Shown in pieces: positions 26,784 to 36,386 of a stretch of 64,000 bases of DNA. This DNA comes from Gammaproteobacteria bacterium (GTDB lineage Bacteria; Pseudomonadota; Gammaproteobacteria; SURF-13), in the NCBI GenBank assembly GCA_016195665.1, contig JACPZD010000009.1:12915-76914 (forward strand). Reading direction: 5' to 3'. Within the stretch, counting starts at the first letter, position 1; each line of letters begins with the position of its first letter. Position numbers and translations under genes: made by a program. The notes under the pieces are model-generated. The model was not told the origin of the DNA, made no database searches, and worked only from the letters and a program-made list of their open reading frames with translations.

Positions 26784-27791
26784 GTGGCGCAAGATATCTC
26801 ATCAGCAGAGTTCGCCGCGGCCATCGCCGCGGTCGAATCGGATGCCGCCTCAGCCGGTGAAAAGGCCGAGATGCTCATGGAAATCGCCGTGGGCATGCAA
26901 TCTCGCCCGAAGAGCACGGGACAACTGCACCGCGCGGTTGTGCTCTACGAGCGCGCTCTCGAACTGTGTCCGCGCGAATCACCACTGCTGCGCGCGCGCA
27001 TTACGGCACGCATGGGGACAGCGTTGCAGAGGTTGCCGGATGGAAGCAGCGACAGTTTGTATCGCGCGCAATCCTGTTTCGAGACCGCACTCTCGGTGCT
27101 GCGCGATGGCGGCAGGCCGGAAGAGGTCGCGGAAGTCGAAATGAACCTCGGCTTGGTGCTGCAATCGCTCGCCGGTGCAGGGCAGGCGAAAATTCAGGAC
27201 GCCATCCAGTATTACCACCGGGCGTTGCGGGTATTCACGCGCGAGGCCTATCCGCAGGAATTTGCAATCCTGCACAACAACATCGCCATTGCCTATCTAT
27301 CCCTTCCGGTCACCGACGAGCGCGCCAGGATGCGCGAGGCGCTCGCCGTGCAATCGTTCGAGGAAGTTCTCAAAGTAATCAATATCGTAGACCACCCCAG
27401 CGAATATGCGATGGTGCAGAACAACCTCGGTAACGCCTTACAATACGTATCCAGCAGCCATGTCGTGGAGAACAACCTGCGTGCGTTACAGGCCTATGAT
27501 GAGGCGCTCAAGGTGAGAAACGCGCGCGACACGCCGCTCGAATACGCGAATACCCTCGCCAACAAGGCGAACGTGTTACGCAACCTGCCAGATGACCCCG
27601 AATGTCCGGAGTCGGGCCAGCGGGTAAATCTGCTCGAGGCGACGCGCATGTACGAAGAGGCGAAGAAAATCTTTGCGCGCTTCCATCAGACCGACAGTGC
27701 CGCTGCCCTCGGGGAGGCGCTCGATGAGCTTGCCGAGGCGTTTCGTCCCTATGCTTCCGCTAATACCAATGACGCCGCCGGGCTGGTTTAA
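26784..27791 (+). CDS. TPR-repeat protein
   Basis: Repeated A..Y..AL / NLG.A helix pairs. GTG 26784 follows a GGAGGAAG Shine-Dalgarno. Confidence 0.7.
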   Translation: MAQDISSAEFAAAIAAVESDAASAGEKAEMLMEIAVGMQSRPKSTGQLHRAVVLYERALELCPRESPLLRARITARMGTALQRLPDGSSDSLYRAQSCFETALSVLRDGGRPEEVAEVEMNLGLVLQSLAGAGQAKIQDAIQYYHRALRVFTREAYPQEFAILHNNIAIAYLSLPVTDERARMREALAVQSFEEVLKVINIVDHPSEYAMVQNNLGNALQYVSSSHVVENNLRALQAYDEALKVRNARDTPLEYANTLANKANVLRNLPDDPECPESGQRVNLLEATRMYEEAKKIFARFHQTDSAAALGEALDELAEAFRPYASANTNDAAGLV

Positions 27792-27833
27792 GACAATTCC
27801 ATCACACTCAGCCAATGCACAGGAGTTTATAGA

Positions 27834-28067
27834 ATGCAGGAGTCTTTCATCGCGCAGCTCGCCGCCGGACACATCACCTGGAGCACGGGGCTCGTTTGGA
27901 TAATGGCTTCGTTTCTAATCGCGCTTTTAGGTGGGGCCGCCGCCGGGGTAAAACTTGCCGGCAAGAGTCTGGGCGATGAACTTGCGGCGCTGATGGGCGC
28001 TATGTTCGGACCCACGGGCGCCGTGCCGGCGATCCTGCTGGGACTCATTCTGCTGAAGTTCATCTGA
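27834..28067 (+). CDS. Small membrane protein (77 aa, about 2 TM helices)
   Basis: GLVWIMASFLIALLGGAAAG and GAVPAILLGLILLKFI. Confidence 0.5.
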   Translation: MQESFIAQLAAGHITWSTGLVWIMASFLIALLGGAAAGVKLAGKSLGDELAALMGAMFGPTGAVPAILLGLILLKFI

Positions 28068-28080
28068 AGGAGACGCCGCC

Positions 28081-28305
28081 ATGTGGGATATGTTTCTCAA
28101 CTCGCTGAAACTTTTCTTGCGCGGCAAGCTGTTCCGCGAGCCGAAGGCCGTCGCAAGGCAATGGCTCATCGGGTTCGGCATCGCGCTCGTTATTTTCCTC
28201 GTCCTTGCCAAGATTGGCTTGCCGGTTTGGTTCGCTGTTGTCGTAACCGCCTTCGGCGCGGGATTTCTACAGCCGTATCTCTTCAAGGATCTCAAGTACA
28301 ACTAA
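28081..28305 (+). CDS. Small membrane protein (74 aa, about 2 TM helices)
   Basis: WLIGFGIALVIFLVLAKIG and LPVWFAVVVTAFGAGFL. Confidence 0.5.
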   Translation: MWDMFLNSLKLFLRGKLFREPKAVARQWLIGFGIALVIFLVLAKIGLPVWFAVVVTAFGAGFLQPYLFKDLKYN

Positions 28306-29220
28306 GTGACAGGGGCCGCCGTGAATGCGCAGGGTGTGACGGAGAGGATAGCGAATCAGAATGGTGAACTGGACCACCTAGTTCAGACTATTGTCAGCCT
28401 AGAGGCCATCGTCGGCGATTGGGACGACCGTCAACGGATGACCGTGCAGGCGCTCAAATCCGCCATCGAAGATCTGCATAAGGAAGCCCTCAAGCGGCTC
28501 ATCCGCGCGCTCAAAGATGATCCCGCAGCTGGCGTCAGGTTACGGGAGGCGCTGGGCGATCAGGTCGTCTACGGCGTGCTGCTATTTCATGGGCTGGTGC
28601 GTGAGCCGCTTGAGGTTCGCGTGCAAAAAGCTCTCGACGAGGTGCGCCCATTCATGCACCAGCATGGCGGCGACGTGGAACTGGTTGCGGTGAGGCCGCT
28701 CGACACCGTGGAAGTGCGGCTCGTTGGCGCCTGTCACGGCTGCCCCGCCTCCAGCCAGACGCTTACCGAAGGCGTGGAGAGAGCGATCCGGCAACATTGC
28801 CCAGAGATTCTTCACATCCATCAAGTGAGCAAAGGCCGGACTGAGACTAAGCCTGCAGGGAATGGCGTCGCGACGCTGCACTTCGTCAGCCCCTTCGCAC
28901 TCAGGACACGCGACGGTTGGATCGATGCGGCACGGCTCGACGAAATTCCCGACGGTAGCATTCTCGAGCGCGAACTGAAGGGGCGCTCGTTGCTGCTCTA
29001 CCGGCAAGGTACACAAGTGAGTTGCATGGACAACCGTTGCGCCCACCTCGGCATGGCGCTCGAGATGGGCGAGATCGTGGACGGCGTCATTACCTGTCCC
29101 TATCACGGCTTCAAGTACCTGCTGGAGACCGGCGAGTGCCTGACGGCGCCCGAAGTGCAGCTCACGGTGCACGCCGTCAAGGTGATGGGCGAGCGCGTGC
29201 AAGTGCGTCTGGAGGAATGA
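28306..29220 (+). CDS. NifU(C-terminal)-like plus Rieske [2Fe-2S] fusion protein
   Basis: HGGDVELVAV...GACHGCPASSQTL (Nfu-type CxxC), then CMDNRCAHLG...CPYHGF (Rieske CxH...CxxH). Confidence 0.8.
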   Translation: MTGAAVNAQGVTERIANQNGELDHLVQTIVSLEAIVGDWDDRQRMTVQALKSAIEDLHKEALKRLIRALKDDPAAGVRLREALGDQVVYGVLLFHGLVREPLEVRVQKALDEVRPFMHQHGGDVELVAVRPLDTVEVRLVGACHGCPASSQTLTEGVERAIRQHCPEILHIHQVSKGRTETKPAGNGVATLHFVSPFALRTRDGWIDAARLDEIPDGSILERELKGRSLLLYRQGTQVSCMDNRCAHLGMALEMGEIVDGVITCPYHGFKYLLETGECLTAPEVQLTVHAVKVMGERVQVRLEE

Positions 29221-29221
29221 A

Positions 29222-30433
29222 GTGACGACGGCGCTGCGCGTAAGCCTCACCCCCGCGCTGAAGCGCGAGGCAGCGCGCAGCGATGCGTTTCCCTTGCTCG
29301 ATCCAGTGGGCCCGCAGGTTTCTCTCGGCGGTACGTGCGGTGACGACAGACTTGCGATTCCCGTTGTGCCTTCCGCAGCCACGCTCTTCGGGCCGCGCGG
29401 CGCTTGTCTCGGGTCGCCTGGAGGCCCCTTGTGGGTATGCGACACCGGCCATCACCGCCTCTTGGGATGGACACGCATCCCTCTGTCCGACGGCGCGCCG
29501 GCCGACTGGATCATCGGCCAGCCGGACTTTCACTACGAAGGACGCAACGCCAAGAACACGCCGGGTCCGGCCACGCTCAACGTGCCTACCGGGATCTGCC
29601 TCTGCGGAGCAGGATTGGCCGTTGCCGACGCATGGAACCATCGCGTGCTGATCTGGCGCGAGCTGCCTACGCAGAGTCATACACCTGCGGATATCGTGCT
29701 CGGGCATAGCGGCTTTGAGAGTGTTGAAGCCAATCGCGGCGGGCAGACGCCAGACGCCGATACCCTGTTCTGGCCCTACGGCGTCCATTGGGACGGAGAG
29801 CGGCTGTGGGTTGCAGACAGCGGCAACCGCCGTGTACTCATGTGGCATGGCCTTCCGGATCACACTGGACAGGCGGCGGACTTGGTGTTTGGGCAATCCG
29901 GCATGTGCTGGCGTGACGAGAACGGCGGTGGCGATCCGTCGGCCATGTCCATGCGTTGGCCGCACGGCATAGTGCTGTGGGATGGTCGGTTGTGCGTGGC
30001 CGATGCGGGCAACAACCGGATTATGGTTTGGGACACGGTTCCGGACCAGAACAATAAATCCTGCGACTACGTGCTGGGACAACAAGATTTCGTGCAGGTT
30101 GACCACAACCAGTCGCTCTACTGGCCTGGCGCGGCGACACTTAATATGCCGTATGGCATTAGCGCCGCGGGCGAGTGGCTGCTGGTCGCCGATACCGCCA
30201 ATTCGCGCCTGCTGGGCTGGCGCGCGGACGACTGCGCGTCCGGTGCGGCGGCACGCGCCCTCACCGGCCAGGCCGATTTCATGGCGAAGGGCGACAACCG
30301 CTGGCAGTTGCCGGCGCGCGACAGCCTATGCTGGCCTTACGCCGTCAGTGCATGTGGCGAGACTGTTGTGGTGAGCGATTCGGGCAACAACCGCGTCATG
30401 CTGTGGCGCCTGAACGAAGGAATGCGAGCGTGA
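29222..30433 (+). CDS. NHL-repeat (beta-propeller) protein
   Basis: Repeated VAD(A/S/T)xNxR(V/I/L)(L/M)xW units, at least 5 copies. Confidence 0.8.
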   Translation: MTTALRVSLTPALKREAARSDAFPLLDPVGPQVSLGGTCGDDRLAIPVVPSAATLFGPRGACLGSPGGPLWVCDTGHHRLLGWTRIPLSDGAPADWIIGQPDFHYEGRNAKNTPGPATLNVPTGICLCGAGLAVADAWNHRVLIWRELPTQSHTPADIVLGHSGFESVEANRGGQTPDADTLFWPYGVHWDGERLWVADSGNRRVLMWHGLPDHTGQAADLVFGQSGMCWRDENGGGDPSAMSMRWPHGIVLWDGRLCVADAGNNRIMVWDTVPDQNNKSCDYVLGQQDFVQVDHNQSLYWPGAATLNMPYGISAAGEWLLVADTANSRLLGWRADDCASGAAARALTGQADFMAKGDNRWQLPARDSLCWPYAVSACGETVVVSDSGNNRVMLWRLNEGMRA

Positions 30434-32829
30434 ATGCACCGGAGCGCGTGATTGAAACTTCTGAACGCGCAGAGCGCATTGTGGTACGCGGGCTGGTGCA
30501 GGGCGTCGGCTTCCGGCCTACAGTCTGGCGCTCCGCGCAGCACCATGGACTGCGAGGCACCGTGGCCAATGACGGCGATGGCGTGGTGATCCACGTGTCC
30601 GGCGAAGCCTGCGCGCTGGAGGATTTTGTCACCGCGTTGCGGACTGATCCCCCGCCGCTTGCGCGCATTGACGAGATCGTTCGCGGCCCGTGCGAGATCA
30701 CTATCTATGCCGATGATTTCCGCATTGTGGAAAGCCGCGCCACGCACGTGACGACGGGTGTTCTGCCTGACGCGGCGACCTGTAGCGAGTGCTTGCACGA
30801 AATCTTCGATCCATTCTCGCGCCGCTACCGTTATCCGTTCACTAACTGCACGCACTGCGGTCCGCGCCTTAGCATCATCGAGGCGATCCCTTACGACCGG
30901 GCGCGAACCACCATGGCGCATTTTCGCATGTGCCCGTCTTGCACCTCCGAATACGGAGACCCGCAGGACCGCCGCTTTCACGCGGAACCCACCGCCTGCC
31001 ATGCCTGCGGGCCGAGAGTTTGGATCGAACGAGCTGACGGCAAAGCCGTGGCCGTTCACGCCTACACGATGATGGACGACGTGGACGCCGCTTGCACGCT
31101 CTTACAGCGCGGACATATCGCCGCCATCAAAGGGCTGGGCGGTTTTCAACTGGCCTGTGATGCGACCCATGGTGCGGCCGTTGCACGGCTGCGGGAGTTG
31201 AAGCGGCGCGGGGGCAAGCCCTTCGCGCTCATGGCGCGCGACGCGGGCGTGATCCGCCGCTATGCCGAAGCCTCCGATGAAGAACTGGCGCTGCTTGCGA
31301 GTGCTGCTGCACCCATCGTGTTGCTGCGCGCCGCCGCTGAACGCTTGCCCGAGAGCGTCGCACCCGGCGTAGCGACGCTGGGGTTTATGCTGCCCAACAC
31401 GCCGCTGCATCACCTCTTATTAAAGCGCATGACCCGGCCCATCGTGCTTACCAGCGGTAATCTCTCCGATGAACCGCAGTGCATCGCTAACGGCGACGCG
31501 CGGCAAAGACTCGGCGGCATCGCCGAGTTTTTCCTGATGCATGACCGCGACATCGCCTGCCGTGTGGATGATTCGGTCGTCGCCGTGAGCGCGGGCGAGG
31601 CGCGTATCCTCCGCCGCGCCCGTGGTTACGCGCCTGCGCCGCTCCGCTTGCCCGCAGGCTTCGAGACAGCGCCACCCGTGCTCGGCATGGGCGGCGAGCT
31701 CAAGAATACATTCTGCCTGTTGCGCGAGGGCAAGGCCATCCTAAGCCATCACATGGGCGACCTCGAAGACGCATATACGTTTGCCGATTACGAGTCGTCG
31801 TTGCGGCGCTATCAGGCGCTGTTCGAGTTCTCGCCCGCGGTGATCGCCATCGACGCCCATCCGGAATACCTCTCGTCAAAACACGGCCGCGATCTGGCCG
31901 AAACGCAAGGCCGCACGCTTATACAAGTGCAGCACCACCATGCGCACATCGCCGCCTGTATGGCGGAAAATGGACTCCCACTGGACTCCGCGCCGATACT
32001 CGGCGTCGCGCTCGACGGTCTGGGCTACGGCGCGGATGGAACCTTTTGGGGCGGCGAATTCCTGCGCGCCAATTATCGCGATTTCACCAGACTCGCCACC
32101 TTCAAGCCGGTGGCCATGCCGGGCGGCGAGCTCGCCGTTTACGAACCCTGGCGCAACACCTATGCACACCTCATGGCGGAGATGGGTTGGGCGCACTTCA
32201 CCATGAACTATGCCGAGCTTGATCTACACGACTTCTTAGTAAAGCAGCCACGCGCGTTACTGGATGATATGATCAAGAAGGGCGTGAACAGTCCGCCGGC
32301 CAGTTCCTGCGGCAGACTTTTCGATGCCGTCGCCGCGGCATGCGGTATCCTGCGTGAATCCGTGAGCTACGAAGGCGAGGCCGCCATCAGGCTGGAGGCC
32401 TTGGTGGATGAAAAGACACTCGAAGAAGAAGATGAGATACTCGCCTATCCATTCTCAATTCCTCGTCTCAATGTAAATAATCTGCCCTACATCGAGCCGT
32501 TCGCTATGTGGCAGGCGCTGCTCGGCGACTTGATCCTCAAGACGCCCGTGCCAGTGATCGCAGCGCGGTTTCATAAGGGGCTCGCCATCGTGATTGTGCG
32601 CATGGTGGACAAGCTCTCGCGGTATGAGAGCGTCGAGGAGCCCGTTCGCACCGTCGCGCTCTCGGGTGGCGTGTTTCAGAACGCAGTGCTCATGGAGCAG
32701 GTGGTAAAACGGCTGCGCGCGCTGGACTTCACCGTACTCACCCACCGCCAGGCGCCGACTAACGACGGCGGGCTCGCGCTCGGTCAAGCCGCTGTCGCCG
32801 CGGCGCGTGCCGCACATTCTTCCTTATAG
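30430..32829 (+). CDS. hypF: Carbamoyltransferase HypF
   Basis: Acylphosphatase-like VRGLVQGVGFRP, zinc-finger CxxC pairs, and YrdC and Kae1-like regions. GTG 30430 overlaps the upstream stop. Confidence 0.92.
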   Translation: MNAPERVIETSERAERIVVRGLVQGVGFRPTVWRSAQHHGLRGTVANDGDGVVIHVSGEACALEDFVTALRTDPPPLARIDEIVRGPCEITIYADDFRIVESRATHVTTGVLPDAATCSECLHEIFDPFSRRYRYPFTNCTHCGPRLSIIEAIPYDRARTTMAHFRMCPSCTSEYGDPQDRRFHAEPTACHACGPRVWIERADGKAVAVHAYTMMDDVDAACTLLQRGHIAAIKGLGGFQLACDATHGAAVARLRELKRRGGKPFALMARDAGVIRRYAEASDEELALLASAAAPIVLLRAAAERLPESVAPGVATLGFMLPNTPLHHLLLKRMTRPIVLTSGNLSDEPQCIANGDARQRLGGIAEFFLMHDRDIACRVDDSVVAVSAGEARILRRARGYAPAPLRLPAGFETAPPVLGMGGELKNTFCLLREGKAILSHHMGDLEDAYTFADYESSLRRYQALFEFSPAVIAIDAHPEYLSSKHGRDLAETQGRTLIQVQHHHAHIAACMAENGLPLDSAPILGVALDGLGYGADGTFWGGEFLRANYRDFTRLATFKPVAMPGGELAVYEPWRNTYAHLMAEMGWAHFTMNYAELDLHDFLVKQPRALLDDMIKKGVNSPPASSCGRLFDAVAAACGILRESVSYEGEAAIRLEALVDEKTLEEEDEILAYPFSIPRLNVNNLPYIEPFAMWQALLGDLILKTPVPVIAARFHKGLAIVIVRMVDKLSRYESVEEPVRTVALSGGVFQNAVLMEQVVKRLRALDFTVLTHRQAPTNDGGLALGQAAVAAARAAHSSL

Positions 32830-32839
32830 GAGCCATGAC

Positions 32840-33121
32840 ATGTGTTTGGGCATTCCAGGACAAATCGTAGAAGTAACCGATCCGCACAAGAAACTGGCGG
32901 TCGTTGACGTAGGCGGCGTCAGGCGCACGATCAACATCGCGTGCGTGGTAAACGAGGAACATCCGGCCGCATCGTGCGTCGGAGACTGGGTGCTCGTACA
33001 CGTGGGTTTTGCCATGAGCCGCATTGACGAGGCAGAGGCGGAAAAGACGCTGAAGCTCCTGGCGGAACTGGGTGAGGTTCAGGCTGAGATTGACGCCATG
33101 CGGCAATCCGCGGCGATCTAA
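32840..33121 (+). CDS. hypC: Hydrogenase assembly chaperone HypC
   Basis: MCLGIPGQIVEV N-terminus. Confidence 0.92.
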   Translation: MCLGIPGQIVEVTDPHKKLAVVDVGGVRRTINIACVVNEEHPAASCVGDWVLVHVGFAMSRIDEAEAEKTLKLLAELGEVQAEIDAMRQSAAI

Positions 33122-33133
33122 GTCGAGACAGTT

Positions 33134-33826
33134 ATGGCCAACACGCGCGACGCGCTCAATGCACTGTACCCCTTCCTGCGCGGCGACCGGCAGGATACGG
33201 GCACGCTCGATCGTGCATTGGCTGAATCCGTAGCACAGAAAGCGGCGGACAGCATTGCTGTGAAGCAGACGTTCTTCGCGGCAAATCGCGAAGCGATGGT
33301 AAAAGTAGCCCGCGCAGTGGCGCGCGTCTACGAAAATAACGGGCGTCTTTTCACCATGGGCAACGGCGGGTCGAGTTGCGACGCCGCACATGTAGCCGTG
33401 GAGTTTCAGCATCCGGTCACCGCCGGCCGGCCCGCGCTGACAGCGGTGAACCTGGTCGCCGATACCGCGATGCTGACCGCAGTGGGCAACGACGTGGGGT
33501 TTAGTCACGTGTACCTGCGTCAGCTCGTCGCGCTGGCGCGGCGGGGGGATGGACTGATCGGCATTTCCACCAGCGGTAATTCGGAAAATCTCATCGCGGC
33601 GTTCGCCAAGGCGCGCGAACTGGGGGTCGTCACCATCGGGCTCAGCGGAGGAGATGGAGGAAAGATGGCGCGTTCCGGGCTGCTCGATCATTGCCTGGTG
33701 GTGCCGAGCCAGAGCATTCATCGAATTCAGGAAACGCACGTGGCCATCTACCACATTCTGTGGGACCTCGTGCACACACTGCTCGCCGACCGACGCGGCG
33801 GCCTCGTGAATAAGGAAAGCCTGTGA
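33134..33826 (+). CDS. SIS-domain protein (GmhA/phosphoheptose isomerase-like)
   Basis: GRLFTMGNGGSSCDAAHVAVEF...GISTSGNSENL. Confidence 0.75.
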   Translation: MANTRDALNALYPFLRGDRQDTGTLDRALAESVAQKAADSIAVKQTFFAANREAMVKVARAVARVYENNGRLFTMGNGGSSCDAAHVAVEFQHPVTAGRPALTAVNLVADTAMLTAVGNDVGFSHVYLRQLVALARRGDGLIGISTSGNSENLIAAFAKARELGVVTIGLSGGDGGKMARSGLLDHCLVVPSQSIHRIQETHVAIYHILWDLVHTLLADRRGGLVNKESL

Positions 33827-34974
33827 AGTATGTAGACGAGTTTCGTGATCCCGAAAAGGCGCGCACGCTGCTCGCTGAAATCGCCGTGCTGGTGAAATCC
33901 ACCAGCCGCGTCCGCAATCGTCCGTTGCAGATTATGGAAGTGTGCGGTGGTCACACTCACTCCATCTTCCGTTACGGCATCCAGCAGATGCTCCCGCCGG
34001 AAGTGGAGTTCGTGCATGGCCCCGGCTGCCCGGTGTGCGTGTTGCCGATGGGACGTGTGGACGACTGCGTCGCGCTCGCCGAGCGGCCGGAGGTGATCTT
34101 CACTACCTTCGGCGATGCGATGCGCGTACCAGGCTCGAAAAAGAGCCTGCTCAAGGCCAAGGCGGACGGCGCGGACGTGCACATGGTGTATTCGCCGCTC
34201 GATGCGCTGAAGCTCGCGCGCGAAAACCCGGATCGTGAAGTGATATTCTTCGGCCTCGGCTTCGAGACCACCATGCCCAGCACGGCGTTTACCCTGCTCC
34301 AAGCAAAGGCCGAAGGGACTAAAAATTTTTCGCTGTTCTGCAATCACATCACCATCATTCCGACCATCAAGGCTATACTGGATTCACCTGACCTGCAGAT
34401 CGATGGCTTTCTTGGACCGGGGCACGTGAGTATGGTCATTGGCACGCGCCCTTATGATTTCATCGCAGCGCATTATGGCAAACCGATCACCGTCGCAGGA
34501 TTCGAGCCACTAGACGTGCTGCACGCCCTATGGATGGTGATAAAGCAAATCGCGGAAGGTCGCGCCGAAGTGGAAAACCAGTACAGCCGCATCGTGCCCC
34601 GCGATGGCAACGCCGCCGCGCTCGAGGCGGTGCAGGAAGTCTACGAACCGCGCGAATTCTTCGAGTGGCGCGGCCTGGGCTCGATCGATCATTCCGGCGT
34701 CAAGATCCGCGAGGCTTACGCCGCCTTCGACGCGGAGCGGAAATTCCTGGTGAAGACGGTGAGCATCGCCGATGCTACCTCCTGCCAGTGCGGCGAGGTG
34801 TTAAAGGGCGTCATCAAGCCGCAGGCGTGCAAAGTCTTCGGCACGGCTTGCACGCCCGAGACGCCGCTCGGCGCACTGATGGTCTCATCGGAAGGCGCAT
34901 GCGCGGCTTACTACAACTATGGCCGCATTGACATTTCCGGGTTGAAACGTCAAACCGATGCCGTCGTTGCCTAG
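33823..34974 (+). CDS. hypD: Hydrogenase maturation protein HypD
   Basis: MKYVDEFRDPEKA...CGGHTH...GPGCPVCV. Confidence 0.95.
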   Translation: MKYVDEFRDPEKARTLLAEIAVLVKSTSRVRNRPLQIMEVCGGHTHSIFRYGIQQMLPPEVEFVHGPGCPVCVLPMGRVDDCVALAERPEVIFTTFGDAMRVPGSKKSLLKAKADGADVHMVYSPLDALKLARENPDREVIFFGLGFETTMPSTAFTLLQAKAEGTKNFSLFCNHITIIPTIKAILDSPDLQIDGFLGPGHVSMVIGTRPYDFIAAHYGKPITVAGFEPLDVLHALWMVIKQIAEGRAEVENQYSRIVPRDGNAAALEAVQEVYEPREFFEWRGLGSIDHSGVKIREAYAAFDAERKFLVKTVSIADATSCQCGEVLKGVIKPQACKVFGTACTPETPLGALMVSSEGACAAYYNYGRIDISGLKRQTDAVVA

Positions 34975-36046
34975 ACTCGCCGACATGAATCCCGTCCGCG
35001 TCCTCAAGCCTCTCAGACTACTACGCGACACGCAGATCAACATGTCGCATGGCAGCGGCGGGAAGGCGATGCGCGACCTCATTCAAGACGTTTTCGTCGG
35101 CGCCTTCGACAATCCCTTGCTCGCACGCCTTGAAGATCAGGCGGTGATCCCCCTCGCCGAATTGGCGTGTTACGGCGACCGGCTCGCCTTCACAACCGAT
35201 ACCTACGTCGTCGATCCGTTGTTCTTTCCCGGCGGCGATATCGGCACGCTCGCGGTGGCAGGCACGGTCAACGACCTCGCAGTAAGCGGCGCGCGTCCGC
35301 TGTTTCTTTCCTGCAGCATGGTGATCGAGGAGGGCTTGCCGGTCGAACTGTTGCGCCGGGTGGTGGCCAGCATGCAGGCCACGGCCGCAGCGGCGGGTGT
35401 TATGATCGTCACCGGCGACACCAAAGTGGTGGAGCGCGGCGCGGCGGACAAACTGTTTATCAACACGGCGGGCATCGGCGTCGTGCGCGCCGGAGTAAAT
35501 ATCGCCGCGGCGAACGCCAGGATAGGCGATGTAATCATCGTGAGCGGTCATCTCGGCGACCACGGCGCGGCGATTCTCGTCGCGCGCAACGAGCTTGCAC
35601 TGGAGACCTCGGTGGAAAGCGACTGCTGTCCTCTCAACGGGTTGATTGATGCGATTCTGGATGTCTGTCCGGCGGTACGCAGCCTGCGCGATGCGACGCG
35701 CGGGGGGGCTGCGACGGTGCTTAACGAATTCGCGCAAAGCTCGGGACTGGCCATGCGCATCCGTGAAGCGGCGCTGCCGGTACGCGAGGAAGTCAAGGGC
35801 GCCTGCGAGATCCTTGGGCTCGACCCGCTCTATCTTGCGAACGAAGGCAAGCTCGTCGCCATCGTCCCGCGAGAAGCGGCCGACAGCGTGCTGGCCGCCA
35901 TGCGCGCACATCCGGTGGGCGGACGGGCAGCGCTCATCGGTGAAGTATGCGCCTCGCCCGCGGGGATGGTTGTGATGGAAACCTCCTTCGGCGGTAGCCG
36001 CATCGTGGATATGCTGGTGGGCGAGCAATTGCCGCGCATTTGCTGA
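34958..36046 (+). CDS. hypE: Hydrogenase maturation protein HypE (start uncertain: 34958, 34985 or 35039)
   Basis: HGSGGKAMRDLI...C-terminal PRIC. Confidence 0.9.
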   Translation: MPSLPRLADMNPVRVLKPLRLLRDTQINMSHGSGGKAMRDLIQDVFVGAFDNPLLARLEDQAVIPLAELACYGDRLAFTTDTYVVDPLFFPGGDIGTLAVAGTVNDLAVSGARPLFLSCSMVIEEGLPVELLRRVVASMQATAAAAGVMIVTGDTKVVERGAADKLFINTAGIGVVRAGVNIAAANARIGDVIIVSGHLGDHGAAILVARNELALETSVESDCCPLNGLIDAILDVCPAVRSLRDATRGGAATVLNEFAQSSGLAMRIREAALPVREEVKGACEILGLDPLYLANEGKLVAIVPREAADSVLAAMRAHPVGGRAALIGEVCASPAGMVVMETSFGGSRIVDMLVGEQLPRIC

Positions 36047-36056
36047 AGAGGGTGGT

Positions 36057-36386
36057 ATGCACGAGCTTTCCATCACCCGCAATGTGGTCGCCATCGTGAG
36101 TGAGCATGCGCAACAGCGCAAAGTGCTGCGGGTCACACTGGAAGTCGGCGAGCTTTCGGCCATCATGCCGGAGGCGATCCGCTTCTGTTTCGATATATGC
36201 ACCCAAGGTACGCCGCTCGAAGGGGCGCGCCTGGACATCATGCAAACGCCCGGCAGTGCGACATGCCGTGATTGCGGCGCGGAGTTTGCGCTCCATGACA
36301 TCCTCGCCCGTTGCGTTTGCGGCGGTACCCATCTCGTGCGGCGCGGTGGCGACGAATTGAATATCAAGGAAATGGAGGTAGCCTGA
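36057..36386 (+). CDS. hypA: Nickel insertion protein HypA
   Basis: MHELSITRNVV... CxxC...CxC zinc site. Confidence 0.92.
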   Translation: MHELSITRNVVAIVSEHAQQRKVLRVTLEVGELSAIMPEAIRFCFDICTQGTPLEGARLDIMQTPGSATCRDCGAEFALHDILARCVCGGTHLVRRGGDELNIKEMEVA

